A DNA stretch of 64,000 nt from an uncultured Pseudomonadota bacterium (GTDB taxonomy: Bacteria > Pseudomonadota > Gammaproteobacteria > Steroidobacterales > Steroidobacteraceae): positions 342,299-406,298 of the forward strand of contig CAWJWS010000007.1 in the NCBI GenBank assembly GCA_963846605.1, written 5' to 3'. Position numbers and translations under genes: made by a program. Positions 1 to 9,064 of this stretch are shown here, piece by piece. How positions within the stretch are numbered: the stretch's first letter is position 1; every line of letters starts with the position of its first letter. The notes beneath the pieces were generated by a model. That model saw nothing but the letters and a program-made list of their open reading frames with translations, had not been told where the DNA came from and ran no database searches.

Positions 1-1919
1 AGCGCCGCGTGCGTTTCCGACTGGGCGCGCGCGTGGTCGGCGACGAACAACGCCCCTTCCGCCGTCAGCAGGTGGGTCGCCCACGCGTTCCATTTCCGTT
101 GCGGCTGTTGCTTGACGTATTCGAGCACCAACAGCCCTTCGCGCGCGGCAGCGGCGCGGTCGCCCGCCATCAAACGTTCCCAGCCATTCAATTCCGCGAC
201 TGGCTTCACTAGCGCAATGACGCTGCGGTAAGGGCTGAACTGGCGAAACTCTTTCGCTCCAGAACTCGACAGCATGGGCTTCAGCTCCGAGAGGCGCCCC
301 TCGTAGCGGAGCAACTCGAATTGACTCGAGGGCGAGGTGCTTGGAAAACCCGCTGGATCCTGAGGCTCCATCTCCTGGCGCCAGCGTGCGGTGGATCCCG
401 TGTACTCGAACAGCAGCGCTCCGCGGTCTATGCGACCGGGAAACTGTTCATCGAACCTCTGCGCCACGCGCAATGCTTCCGCAGGTCGGCGTGCCGTGAA
501 CAGATTCGACATCCAGAAGCGAAAGATCGTTGGATTGCCTGGATCAAGATCCGCGGCGCGTTCGTGTGCAGCCAGTGACTCTTCGAGTCGGCCGCTGAAC
601 GCCAGGAAATTGGCCTTCGTCATGAGGAAATCTGCGCTGAACGGGCCGATTTTCTCGGCCTCGCCGATGAGCTTGAGCGCCTTCGGCATGTCACCGTCGA
701 CGAAGTAAGCGAGTTGCGCGGTGCGAATCAGCACGTGCGGCGTGTTGCCGGCGAGTTCTTGTGCCATTGCGAGGTCTGCACGGGCAGAGGCGAGCGTTTC
801 GTCGCTGCGATCAACGTCATTGGCGAGTCTGGCGGCGCGCACACGACAGCGTTCAGCGTATGCGGCCGCATACGCAGGATCGAGCTCGATCGCACGACTG
901 TATAAATCCTCCACCCGTGCGATTTCCCGAGGTGCCGCGCCGCCGCCGCCGACGTTTTGCCAGGCGAGCACGCCCTGAAGCCACAGATCGTAGGCCGCAG
1001 GATTTCTTGAAGCCGGAAGGCCTACGTTCGGCATGAGGCTGCGCTGCAGCTGCCCCGCGATTTCGGCCGCGACTTCTGATTGCAGTGCGATGACGTCGGT
1101 GAGCTTGCGGTCGAAAATCCGCGACCATAGATGTCGGTCGTCGCGCGCGTCGATCAGCTGCAGGGTCATGCGTACGCGCGTGCCTTCGCGGCGCACGGAT
1201 CCTTCGAGCACGTGCGTGATACGCAGCTCTTTCGTCATGTCGGGCACGGATCTGGGAGCTCCGCGGTATTGCATCATGGTCGTGCGCGAAATGACTTCAA
1301 GGTCGGCCACGTTCGCCAGACTGCTCAGGATTTCCTCATGCATTCCGTCGGCGAAAAACGCGTTGGCGGGATCGGGGCTCAAATTTTCGAAAGGCAGCAC
1401 CGCGAGGCGATAATTCTGCGCAGCCAGACCTGAAGGATCGGGTGATCCGCGCAACGCGATCACGGACCATGCGATTGTGACTACGACGGCGACACACACG
1501 GCTGCCAGCGGCCAAGGCCAGCGCCTGGCGGTGGCCGCCACAGGCGTTACCGCCGCAGCGGTCGCCGGCTGGCGTTGCGGCGTCACGCCGCGTTGCGGCG
1601 TCACGAGGAAACGGTAGCCCTGTCGTGGAACTGTCTCAATGTAACGGGGCGCTGCCGCGTCATCCCCGAGCGCTGCGCGCAGTTTGCGCATCGCGGTATT
1701 GATACCGGCATCGAAGTCGACCACGCCCTTGGGCCAGAGGTGCGTTACCAGCTCCTCGCGCGTGACTAGCTGGCCGGGGCGGCTCGAGAGCAGTTCGAGA
1801 ATCTGCAGGGGCAGCTCCTGCAGGGTCGATCGCTTTCCATCCCGCATCAATTCGAGCGGTTCACGCAGCAGCACCCATCCGTCGAAACTCGCGGCAATGC
1901 GTGAGGGCTCGTCAGTCAT
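1..1919 (-). CDS. Winged-helix (OmpR/CadC-type) transcriptional regulator with one TM segment and a C-terminal TPR-like region; the 3' end runs off the window
   Basis: It is absent from the ORF track because it has no stop inside the window. Reverse translation from the ATG (complement of cat 1917-1919) gives MTDEPSRIAASFDGWVLLREPLELMRDGKRSTLQELPLQILELLSSRPGQLVTREELVTHLWPKGVVDFDAGINTAMRKLRAALGDDAAAPRYIETVPRQGYRFLV. This is followed by the hydrophobic segment WPLAAVCVAVVVTIAWSVIAL, then LAVLPFENLS and helical repeats. The parts of the frame I translated by hand stay open. All + strand ORFs here are short shadows. Confidence 0.8.
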   Translation of the reverse strand, partial: MTDEPSRIAASFDGWVLLREPLELMRDGKRSTLQELPLQILELLSSRPGQLVTREELVTHLWPKGVVDFDAGINTAMRKLRAALGDDAAAPRYIETVPRQGYRFLVTPQRGVTPQRQPATAAAVTPVAATARRWPWPLAAVCVAVVVTIAWSVIALRGSPDPSGLAAQNYRLAVLPFENLSPDPANAFFADGMHEEILSSLANVADLEVISRTTMMQYRGAPRSVPDMTKELRITHVLEGSVRREGTRVRMTLQLIDARDDRHLWSRIFDRKLTDVIALQSEVAAEIAGQLQRSLMPNVGLPASRNPAAYDLWLQGVLAWQNVGGGGAAPREIARVEDLYSRAIELDPAYAAAYAERCRVRAARLANDVDRSDETLASARADLAMAQELAGNTPHVLIRTAQLAYFVDGDMPKALKLIGEAEKIGPFSADFLMTKANFLAFSGRLEESLAAHERAADLDPGNPTIFRFWMSNLFTARRPAEALRVAQRFDEQFPGRIDRGALLFEYTGSTARWRQEMEPQDPAGFPSTSPSSQFELLRYEGRLSELKPMLSSSGAKEFRQFSPYRSVIALVKPVAELNGWERLMAGDRAAAAREGLLVLEYVKQQPQRKWNAWATHLLTAEGALFVADHARAQSETHAA

Positions 1920-2050
1920 TTCAAGAGCTTACTGGAGTAGCCAGGCATTGAGATCGCGGTTCACGAGGAATTTAGCGCCAGTTCAGCCGCGGTCCATGGC
2001 CGTGCCGACGAATCGCGCGTCAACTCGCGACTTTTCAAGGAGGCAGCCCC

Positions 2051-2749
2051 ATGTCGGCCGTGGTCTCGCGCAATTCCGATCGTGTTTTCTTCGGCGCAAT
2101 GACGGGCATTACGTTTGCCGTGATCTTCGTGGGCTTCGCCCGCACATTCTTCCTCAAGCCGTTTTTCGATACCCCAGCGCTTTCACCGGTGATTCACCTG
2201 CACGGCGCTGTCGCTACGCTGTGGCCGGTGCTGATGATCGTGCAGGTAGCGCTGATTCGGGCCCGGAACTACCAGTTCCACCGCACGCTCGGGATGGTCG
2301 GGATCGTCGTGGCAGTGCTGTTTGTCATCACGGCCGCCATGGCGTCAATGGGGAAGCCACGGCCGACGGAGGCAATGCGCGCGATCCTCATCCTGCCCAT
2401 GCACCAGTTGGTGTTCTTCTCGGTAGCTGTTGCCGCAGGAATCCGCTTCCGGCGTGAAGCGGCGATCCACAAACGACTGATGTACCTCGCGACATTCATC
2501 ACGGTGATGACGGGCCTGCGGCGTTGCCTCACCCTCCTGGACATCACCTTGACGCCGTATCTGATACTGACGACAGCTTCAGTCCTGCTGCTGCTGCCGT
2601 TGTTCGTCTATGACGCGTTCACTTTGCGCCGGATTCATCCGGTGACATGGGTGGGCACACTTCTTATTTTCGCGGCTATCCCGTTGCACAGCGTGGTGGG
2701 GTTTACCGCGGGATGGCAGAACTTTGCCGACTGGCTGACGAACCGCTAA
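2051..2749 (+). CDS. Integral membrane protein, family not recognised
   Basis: ORF track gives 232 aa with an ATG start. There are about six hydrophobic helices (GITFAVIFVGFA, VATLWPVLMIVQVALI, MVGIVVAVLFVITAAMA, LVFFSVAVAAGI, LILTTASVLLLLPLFVY, VGTLLIFAAIPL). It is divergent from the regulator at 1-1919. Confidence 0.65.
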   Translation: MSAVVSRNSDRVFFGAMTGITFAVIFVGFARTFFLKPFFDTPALSPVIHLHGAVATLWPVLMIVQVALIRARNYQFHRTLGMVGIVVAVLFVITAAMASMGKPRPTEAMRAILILPMHQLVFFSVAVAAGIRFRREAAIHKRLMYLATFITVMTGLRRCLTLLDITLTPYLILTTASVLLLLPLFVYDAFTLRRIHPVTWVGTLLIFAAIPLHSVVGFTAGWQNFADWLTNR

Positions 2750-2865
2750 AGCGCGGAGTACTTTAACCCTCGCCGCGACTCGAGGGGTCGCGCCGCACCG
2801 TGCAACCCGATTCAGCCCCCGGCCGTCTGAACTGCAGCTCTCCGTCCGCGAAGGAATTGCTCGGT

Positions 2866-4303
2866 ATGAACCGGCTGATCGCCCCCGCCACGCTTGCGGC
2901 CTCCTGCCTGTTGCTATTCGGCTGCGCAACCCCCGAATACGCGCAGCCCTCGGGTCTTGTGGTTTCCGACGTGACGGTCATATCGCCCGAGCGCACCGCG
3001 CCGCTCGCCCACGCGTATGTACGAATCGTCGACGGAAAAATTGCGGAAGTCAGCGAGCGTCCGCTGCGCGGCGAACAGGAGATCGACGGCACCGGCCGCT
3101 TTCTCATCCCCGGTCTCATCGACAGTCACGTTCACCTCGCCGTTTCTCCTGGCTACCCGGCCGCGATGACCGCGGACCAATCCAGGGCGCATCCCGACAT
3201 CGTCGCGGCCCAGCTCGCGCAGGATCCCAAGAGCTTCCTTTTCTACGGCTTCACGACGGTCGTCGATCTCGTAGGCACGCCCGAGCGCACGGCGCAATGG
3301 AACGCGCATGCGCTGAGGCCCGACGCGTTCTTCTGCGGCGGCGCCGCCGTCATCAACGGGCAGACGCGGCAGATCCTCTATCCCTATTTCTCTTACGACA
3401 AGACCTTCGAGCAACGTCTCGCTCCGGCCGACGCTGCCGGGAATACCTCCGAGGCAGTGTCCGCTCGCATCGCGGCCAGCGGCGCAATCTGTTTGAAGAC
3501 GATCCATGACCGCGGTCTCGAGCCGAGCGTTCAGGAGGGCCAGGCACTGGTCGCTGCCGCCCATGCCCACAACCTGCCGGTGGTCATCCATGCGAACCGG
3601 AAGAGATCGCAGGCATTCGCCGTCGCCGCCGGTGTGGATGCGATCGTGCATGGCATGTGGCGAGATCCGGGCGAAGATGCCGCGCTCGATGCCGAGGCGC
3701 GCAAGATCCTCGCCGATGTCGCCCGCCTGAACATCGGCTATCAACCGACGACACAGGTGATCGCGAGCCTGCGCGACATGATGGGCGAGGACTATCTCGC
3801 GAAACCGGAACTCGCCGACGCCTACGCGCCGAACTTCATCGACTGGTGTGGACGCAAGGAGAGCCAGTGCTCCGCGACCCACTGGTCCCGGACGTTCGGC
3901 CCCGACGCGGATGAGCGCATCCGCGCGACCACGGCGCGCGCCTATGAAGTCACGCGTGTCCTGCTTCGAGGCGGATGCGCGGCTGCTGTTCGGATCGGAT
4001 ACGCCGAGCGACGCCATCTACACCAATCCACCGGGACTCAACGGGCGAATCGAGATGGATCACTGGATCGCCGGCGGCGTCCCGCCCGGCAGGCTGTTTC
4101 GCGCGCTCACGATCGACAATGCCCGCATGTTCCGGCTGGATGATCGCATCGGCACCGTCGAGCCGGGAAAGGTCGCCAATCTACTGCTGCTGGGCGCCAG
4201 TCCCCTCGAGAGCGTGAAGGCCTACGATGCGATCGAGACGGTGTTCCTGCATGGTCAGCCGGTGCGCCGCGCCGGGTTGTCGGCGCGCACGGGGCCTCGC
4301 TGA
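2866..4303 (+). pseudogene. Amidohydrolase-family lipoprotein interrupted by one frameshift
   Basis: The signal/lipobox MNRLIAPATLAASCLLLFGC starts at ATG 2866. The metal motif GLIDSHVHL lies in the frame of ORF 2800..4143. The family C-terminus EADARLLFGSDTP...GKVANLLLL lies in the frame of ORF 3848..4303. The switch is at about 3964-3968 (GTC CTG CTT c GAG GCG GAT), which looks like one extra base. Confidence 0.8.
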
Positions 4304-4341
4304 CCACCGCGCAAGTTCGCCCGCGCGCGCAACTTACCCGA

Positions 4342-4767
4342 TCATTGGCCGACTTGAATGGTGCCTGCGTCGATTACCTGGCCGCCCGCGATCGGGGATT
4401 CCATGCGCGCGTTGTAGCTCACAGAGCCCGCGGTGGTGAAACACAGACTTGCGCTTCCATGCGGCTTGATCGTGGCGACTTCCCGGCGCTCGCCCATCAT
4501 GTTGCCGAACGATCGTTTGGAAAATCCGCGCTCGCACGACACGCTTTCAAGCGCGCCCTCGAGGAATTCGATGGTGACCGGCCTGTCTCGCTCGTTGATC
4601 CATCGGATCTCGTCGCCAGACGCGACTTGCAAGTCGGCAGGGGTCAGGCGCTCCGCTAACTTCACCTCTTGAATGCTGCCGGTGCGGCTGGTTTCCGCAA
4701 CTGTGGCGCAGCCGGTGCCTACCGAAAGCAGCGTCGCTCCGACAATGACTCTTAACGTCCTACCCAT
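4342..4767 (-). CDS. Small lipoprotein, unknown function
   Basis: 141 aa with an ATG start (cat 4765-4767). The lipobox is LLSVGTGC. The mature part is beta-rich (GDEIRWINERDRPVTIEF). Confidence 0.6.
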   Translation of the reverse strand: MGRTLRVIVGATLLSVGTGCATVAETSRTGSIQEVKLAERLTPADLQVASGDEIRWINERDRPVTIEFLEGALESVSCERGFSKRSFGNMMGERREVATIKPHGSASLCFTTAGSVSYNARMESPIAGGQVIDAGTIQVGQ

Positions 4768-4921
4768 CGTGTTCTCTCCAGGTCAGTCGGCTGTGCGAGT
4801 CGCTCAGCCGTGAGGGGAGACTGAGGCATTCGCGCTGCGCAGTCGGTGCGATCGCGCACATACACTCCGACCTCTGCGAGGCGCCAACTACCGACGACGT
4901 CATCCACGGCCCTTCACCGAA

Positions 4922-5605
4922 TCAAAGAATCTCCAATGACCTTCGGAGACGACAGACCTTCGGAACGACCTCGACGGTACCGTCGATGACCTTTATCGCG
5001 GTTTGATCGTCGATCGCGTACGACGGATTGCCGATATCCCGCGCCCATCGTTCCGCCTCGGCCATGGTGTTCTCCGTAAAGCCCGGGTGATCGAGGTGCG
5101 GGAAGATCGAGAAATCCACCAACCCGAGCGTGATGTCGTCTCCGGTGATGGAGGGCTTGGATTCCACGAACGCCTCTCCGACGCGAGGAGTCACGACCAT
5201 GCTTCCCGCGCTCAACCCCACCCACACGGTATTCGCCAGCGACGGCAATATTCCGGCCATCCCGGATTGACGCATCCAGTGGCAGAGATAGGGCGCATCA
5301 CCGCCATTGACGAGCAGGACGTCGGCTTCGCGGACCCAGGCTTCCCACCGGTGTCGGTCGATCGTGGGCAATGCGGTCAGTTCGAGGACTCCCAGGGACT
5401 TCCAGCCCAACTCGCCCATCGGGCAACGCGGCTCTCGCCCGCTGATGAACCGCCAGGCGCCTTCGGGACTTCCTTGCGGATGCCCATAAGTCCCGGTCGG
5501 AATGCAGAGCGCCTTGCACTCGGCTATCGGCTTTTCCAGCAGGTCGACCAGAGCGTCGCGGATACTGGTGTTCTGGATGCCCGCCGAGGTCAATAACAGC
5601 TTCAT
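4922..5605 (-). CDS. Peptidase E-like (S51 family) dipeptidase
   Basis: Lies within ORF 4922..5785. The family-typical N-terminus MKLLLTSAG begins at the internal ATG 5605 (an alternative ATG is at 5617). Motifs VNGGDAPYL and GLSAGSMV are present. The 60 upstream codons look like a non-coding extension. Confidence 0.75.
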   Translation of the reverse strand: MKLLLTSAGIQNTSIRDALVDLLEKPIAECKALCIPTGTYGHPQGSPEGAWRFISGREPRCPMGELGWKSLGVLELTALPTIDRHRWEAWVREADVLLVNGGDAPYLCHWMRQSGMAGILPSLANTVWVGLSAGSMVVTPRVGEAFVESKPSITGDDITLGLVDFSIFPHLDHPGFTENTMAEAERWARDIGNPSYAIDDQTAIKVIDGTVEVVPKVCRLRRSLEIL

Positions 5606-5805
5606 CGATCTTTCCATCTGCTCGCCCCGCGAACTGGTCGAACGAACAGCCGGAATATCGACACTGAGCGCCGGTGTCTGAGGCCCTGCTTCGCGCGCGC
5701 CTACGTCACCATGGGGTCCGCTGGAAGCTGCGGACGTCTCTGTCCGCCGACCGACGAGGGACGTCCGACGCGCTGTAGTCACCACCTCACCCAGGTGGAA
5801 ACTTC

Positions 5806-6525
5806 ATGCGCCATTCTTACAACGCGGGCAGCCTCTTAACTGCCACCGCGCTGCTCGTCAGCCTCACGGGTTGCGGCGATATCGGCTACAGCCGGAATCC
5901 CGGCGGCGACTCCAGCGCTCCACCGCCATTGGTCTCCTCTCCCGGCACCGTGCCGACTCCGCCCGCGCCGCCACCACCGCCACCACCTCCGCCGCCTCCC
6001 GTGGTACCGCCTCTATCCACGGACGTAGTCGACCTCACCGACGGGCGTGGCGTTGGCGTAAGCCGGTGGCCCGACCCGCAAACCGATGGCGCGCCGTTCG
6101 GACGCTTCAACTGCGTCGTGAACCCGCCGCAGGCTCTGGAGTTCCGCGCGCACCTGTCCATCCTCGTCAACAACGAGTTCCAGAGGGTTCCGCGCTACCT
6201 GGGCGCGTCGCCCCGGCCGCCGACGCATTGCTTCTACGCCATCCACACGCATGACTCCTCGGGACGAATCCACGTGACGCCAGCCGCGCCCGGCGTTTTC
6301 ACGCTGGGCGAGTTGTTCGAAATCTGGCGCCAGCCTCTGACGAACACGAACGTCGCCGGGATCGTTGGTCTGCCGATCGAGGTCTTCGTCACTGACGATG
6401 GCGTGACGGTCAAGGTGGAAGACACCGATTGGGCCAGCATCGAACTGCGGCCGCACCGTGAGATCACGATTGCGCTGGGGACGCCGCTCGAGGAGATACC
6501 GAACTTCACCTGGACGGACGACTGA
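5806..6525 (+). CDS. Lipoprotein with a poly-proline linker, unknown function
   Basis: 239 aa with ATG 5806. The lipobox is LVSLTGC. A linker PTPPAPPPPPPPPPPPVVPP (about 5950-6010) precedes a globular domain of about 170 aa. Confidence 0.7.
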   Translation: MRHSYNAGSLLTATALLVSLTGCGDIGYSRNPGGDSSAPPPLVSSPGTVPTPPAPPPPPPPPPPPVVPPLSTDVVDLTDGRGVGVSRWPDPQTDGAPFGRFNCVVNPPQALEFRAHLSILVNNEFQRVPRYLGASPRPPTHCFYAIHTHDSSGRIHVTPAAPGVFTLGELFEIWRQPLTNTNVAGIVGLPIEVFVTDDGVTVKVEDTDWASIELRPHREITIALGTPLEEIPNFTWTDD

Positions 6526-6546
6526 CTCCGGGCGGGCTCGCGAAGC

Positions 6547-6828
6547 CTAGTAACTCGCCGTCCTGCGACGGACGAGATTCATCATCGCCAGCAATGCGAC
6601 GGCGCCGCCGATCGAGGCGATGAGTCCCATGACACTGAGATTCTCGTCATCCGAAGGGGAGTTTCCCCCGAGCGAGCCGACGATCCAGCCAGCCAGCACG
6701 GAGCCGGCGACGCCGACCATGATGCTCATGGCCAGCCCGCGATGGCGGCGCGTGGGAATCACGGTGTGGGCGACCCAGCCCAACAGCGCTCCGACGACGA
6801 GCCAGACCACGAGGTTCATTTGCGGCAT
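6547..6828 (-). CDS. GlsB/YeaQ/YmgE-family (transglycosylase-associated) small stress membrane protein
   Basis: 93 aa with three Gly-rich helices (VVWLVVGALLGWVA, MSIMVGVAGSVLAGWIVG, GLIASIGGAVALLAMM) typical of this family. ATG at 6826-6828. Confidence 0.85.
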   Translation of the reverse strand: MPQMNLVVWLVVGALLGWVAHTVIPTRRHRGLAMSIMVGVAGSVLAGWIVGSLGGNSPSDDENLSVMGLIASIGGAVALLAMMNLVRRRTASY

Positions 6829-6832
6829 CCAG

Positions 6833-6853
6833 GAGTCGCCGGCGCGGCGACTC
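6833..6853 (-). promoter_or_regulatory. GC-rich hairpin (9-bp perfect stem, 3-nt loop) ending 4 nt before the glsB-like start codon
   Basis: GAGTCGCCG-gcg-CGGCGACTC. On the mRNA strand it reads GAGTCGCCGCGCCGGCGACTCCTGGATG, so the stem covers the place where a Shine-Dalgarno sequence would sit. Confidence 0.4.
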
Positions 6854-7002
6854 GCAGACCACGTCCAATGACGCGCGCTGACTGGGAGAGGGGATTCATG
6901 AGTGTTCTCTGCTGATGACGAAGGAGTGCAACGAACGCAGTTCCACCAGAGTGCCGAGGATGCGCTCGCGGCCCCACCCGGTCGGTGCGCGAGCGAACAT
7001 AG

Positions 7003-7749
7003 TCACTCGGCCGCGCCGAGTGTCGGCAGGACCATGATGAACTCGCTGCCCAGCCCCAGCCCGGCACTGGTGGCGGTTACCGTTCCGCCGTGGAACTCGA
7101 CGACCTGCTTCACCACGGCGAGTCCAATGCCACTCCCGCCCTGAAGAGACGGCAACTGGCTGCCGGCCTGTACGAACATGCCGAAAATCCGCGGCAGCAT
7201 CGCCGGTTCGATTCCCATGCCCGAATCCGCCACGCGCACGCATACCAGCTGATGGCCGCGATCCATCGCCAGGGTGATGCGGCCGCCATCGGTCGTGTAC
7301 TTGACCGCGTTGATCAGCAGATTCGATATCGCCTGCTCGAGCCGGGCGCCGTCCGCCCACATCCAGACCGGCTCCGGCGGTAGTTTGATCGTGATGAGAT
7401 GCTGGCGTCGCGTCAGCTCCGGAGCGATGGAATCCAGGGCATTTCCCGCGATCACGCGCAGGTCGAGCTTCGACAGGTGCAGGCCCTCGCCGGGGCCGTC
7501 GCGACTCTGTGGTGAGGCCAGGTCGTCGACGTGCCGGGCGATCTGGTCGATCTGCCGGTCGATGAGCAGGCGCAGCTTGTTCAATTCCTCGCGGTCCACG
7601 GGCGAACGCAGCAGCCGGGTCGCGCCGCGCACCACGGCAATCGAATTGCGCAACTCGTGGCAGACGACATCCGTCTGCTGGTCTCGCGCTATATCGGGGT
7701 CAGCACCCATCGGGTCGCTGCCTGGTCTCTGGGCGTTCGCATACAACAT
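7003..7749 (-). CDS. Minimal cytoplasmic histidine kinase (HisKA + HATPase_c only)
   Basis: Lies within ORF 7003..7971. H-box VVCHELRNSIAVV, N-box ISNLLINAVKYT and G-boxes DSGMGI and GGSGIGLAVVKQVV are present. I use the internal ATG 7749 (MLYANAQ) because the upstream part is low-complexity (SSPQSSSSLG) and overlaps the GA-repeat region. There is no TM or sensor domain. Confidence 0.8.
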   Translation of the reverse strand: MLYANAQRPGSDPMGADPDIARDQQTDVVCHELRNSIAVVRGATRLLRSPVDREELNKLRLLIDRQIDQIARHVDDLASPQSRDGPGEGLHLSKLDLRVIAGNALDSIAPELTRRQHLITIKLPPEPVWMWADGARLEQAISNLLINAVKYTTDGGRITLAMDRGHQLVCVRVADSGMGIEPAMLPRIFGMFVQAGSQLPSLQGGSGIGLAVVKQVVEFHGGTVTATSAGLGLGSEFIMVLPTLGAAE

Positions 7750-7830
7750 GGCTGACAACCCTCCGGTGACTTTCCATCGGCGTAAACCTACCCGCAGTCG
7801 TCGGGCCGGTCGGTGCGTCAGCGCACCCAG

Positions 7831-7879
7831 CGACGAGGAGGACTGAGGAGAACTGAGGAGACGAGGAGGGGTGAGGGTG
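7831..7879 (+). repeat. Purine-rich tandem repeat of about 10 nt: cgacGAGGAG gacTGAGGAG aacTGAGGAG acGAGGAG gggtGAGGGTG
   Basis: Read directly from the sequence. It lies in the divergent region between the kinase (ATG 7749) and the crp-like gene (GTG 7957). Confidence 0.7.
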
Positions 7880-7956
7880 CGCTCGCGAACAGAGATCCCG
7901 ATCGCGTTGCGGCACGATGCAGGTGCCGTAACTTCCGGTGTCGATGCCAGAGCTCC

Positions 7957-8739
7957 GTGAAAAATGTTCATGTCCCCAAGGACAATCAGCTGTTCGCCTC
8001 ACTGCCCGCCGCGGCACGGAAACGTCTTGCGGGCGGCCGGCAGCCAGTGGAGCTCGCATTCTCGGAAATCCTGAGTGAGGCCGGCAGCCGCATCCGCGAC
8101 GTGTATTTTCCAATCGACGGCTTCATCTCACTGATCACGCCGGCCAAGGGGCGAGGGCAGCTCGAAATCGGCTTGGTCGGATCCGAAGGCATGCTCGGCG
8201 TCCCCTTGCTGCTGGGAGTCGATGATTCGCCACTGCGAGCGATGGTGCAGGGCCCCGGGCGAGCCTGGCGTGTCGATGCCGCCACCTTCCAGCTTGAGGT
8301 GGCTTCCAACCCGGTCGTCCGCGCGACGCTCAGCCGCTATCTCTACGTGTTCCTCGCCCAGCTCATGCAGACGGCGACGTGCACGCGCTTCCATCGCATC
8401 GAGGCGCGGCTTGCCCGATGGCTGCTCATGACGCGCGACCGAGCCCATTCCAACCACTTCCACATCACGCACGAGTTTCTCGCTTTGATGCTGGGAGTTC
8501 GCAGGGTAGGTGTCACCAGCGCGGCGAGCGCGTTGCAGCGGCGGAAGCTGATCCAGTATCGGCGCGGCAATCTGACCATCCTGGATAGCCGCAAGCTCGT
8601 CCACACCGCTTGCGCTTGCTACGCCATCGACAAGCAGATTCATGCACGCATCCTGGGTCGCAAGAAACCGCAGGCCGAAGGCGCGTCGAGCGGCGCGGCG
8701 ATGCTGGCGACGCAGATCGCGGAGTCGGTCGAATGTTGA
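7957..8739 (+). CDS. Crp/Fnr-family transcriptional regulator
   Basis: Lies within ORF 7813..8739. The cNMP-like barrel (VYFPIDGFISLI, GSEGMLGV) and the C-terminal HTH (ITHEFLALMLGVRRVGVTSAASALQ) are present. The in-frame GTG 7957 (VKNVHVPKDNQLFASLP) gives a family-typical N-terminus, whereas the Arg-rich extension back to 7813 looks non-coding. The start is uncertain. Confidence 0.8.
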   Translation: MKNVHVPKDNQLFASLPAAARKRLAGGRQPVELAFSEILSEAGSRIRDVYFPIDGFISLITPAKGRGQLEIGLVGSEGMLGVPLLLGVDDSPLRAMVQGPGRAWRVDAATFQLEVASNPVVRATLSRYLYVFLAQLMQTATCTRFHRIEARLARWLLMTRDRAHSNHFHITHEFLALMLGVRRVGVTSAASALQRRKLIQYRRGNLTILDSRKLVHTACACYAIDKQIHARILGRKKPQAEGASSGAAMLATQIAESVEC

Positions 8740-9005
8740 AACGCGCGTCCACGCACGAGCGTGCGGAATACCTGATCGATGGATTCCGCGTTTCGTTCCT
8801 CCACCAGGCGGAGTGGCGCTGCGCGTGCCGCGAGTTCGCCGCGACGGGCACCTGCCGACATTCCCGCGAAGCGGGTGGGATGCGCGACGCCCAGTCACTC
8901 ATCCGGCAGCGTCTGCGAGACCGCGTGTCGGATTTCGCGTCGATTGGCGGCGGTTCATCGGTCAGGCGCGTGATCAGCCCATCGCATCGGCGCAACCAGT
9001 CCTGA
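8733..9005 (+). CDS. Small SWIM-type zinc-finger protein
   Basis: ATG 8733 overlaps the Crp stop (ATGTTGA, stop 8737-8739). The 90-aa product MLKRASTHERAEYLIDGFRVSFLHQAEWRCACREFAATGTCRHSREAG carries a CxCx8CxH SWIM signature preceded by W. Confidence 0.6.
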   Translation: MLKRASTHERAEYLIDGFRVSFLHQAEWRCACREFAATGTCRHSREAGGMRDAQSLIRQRLRDRVSDFASIGGGSSVRRVISPSHRRNQS

Positions 9006-9064
9006 GCCGGGACTGTGTTCGCTGTCGAACCGACGGTGTTGCGCGGTGCCCGTAGGCTGGGCAC

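Noticed and set aside
5935-6010. CCG/CCA/CCT-rich simple repeat
   Set aside because: It is in frame and encodes a poly-proline linker of a lipoprotein. It is not a non-coding repeat or a CRISPR-like element.
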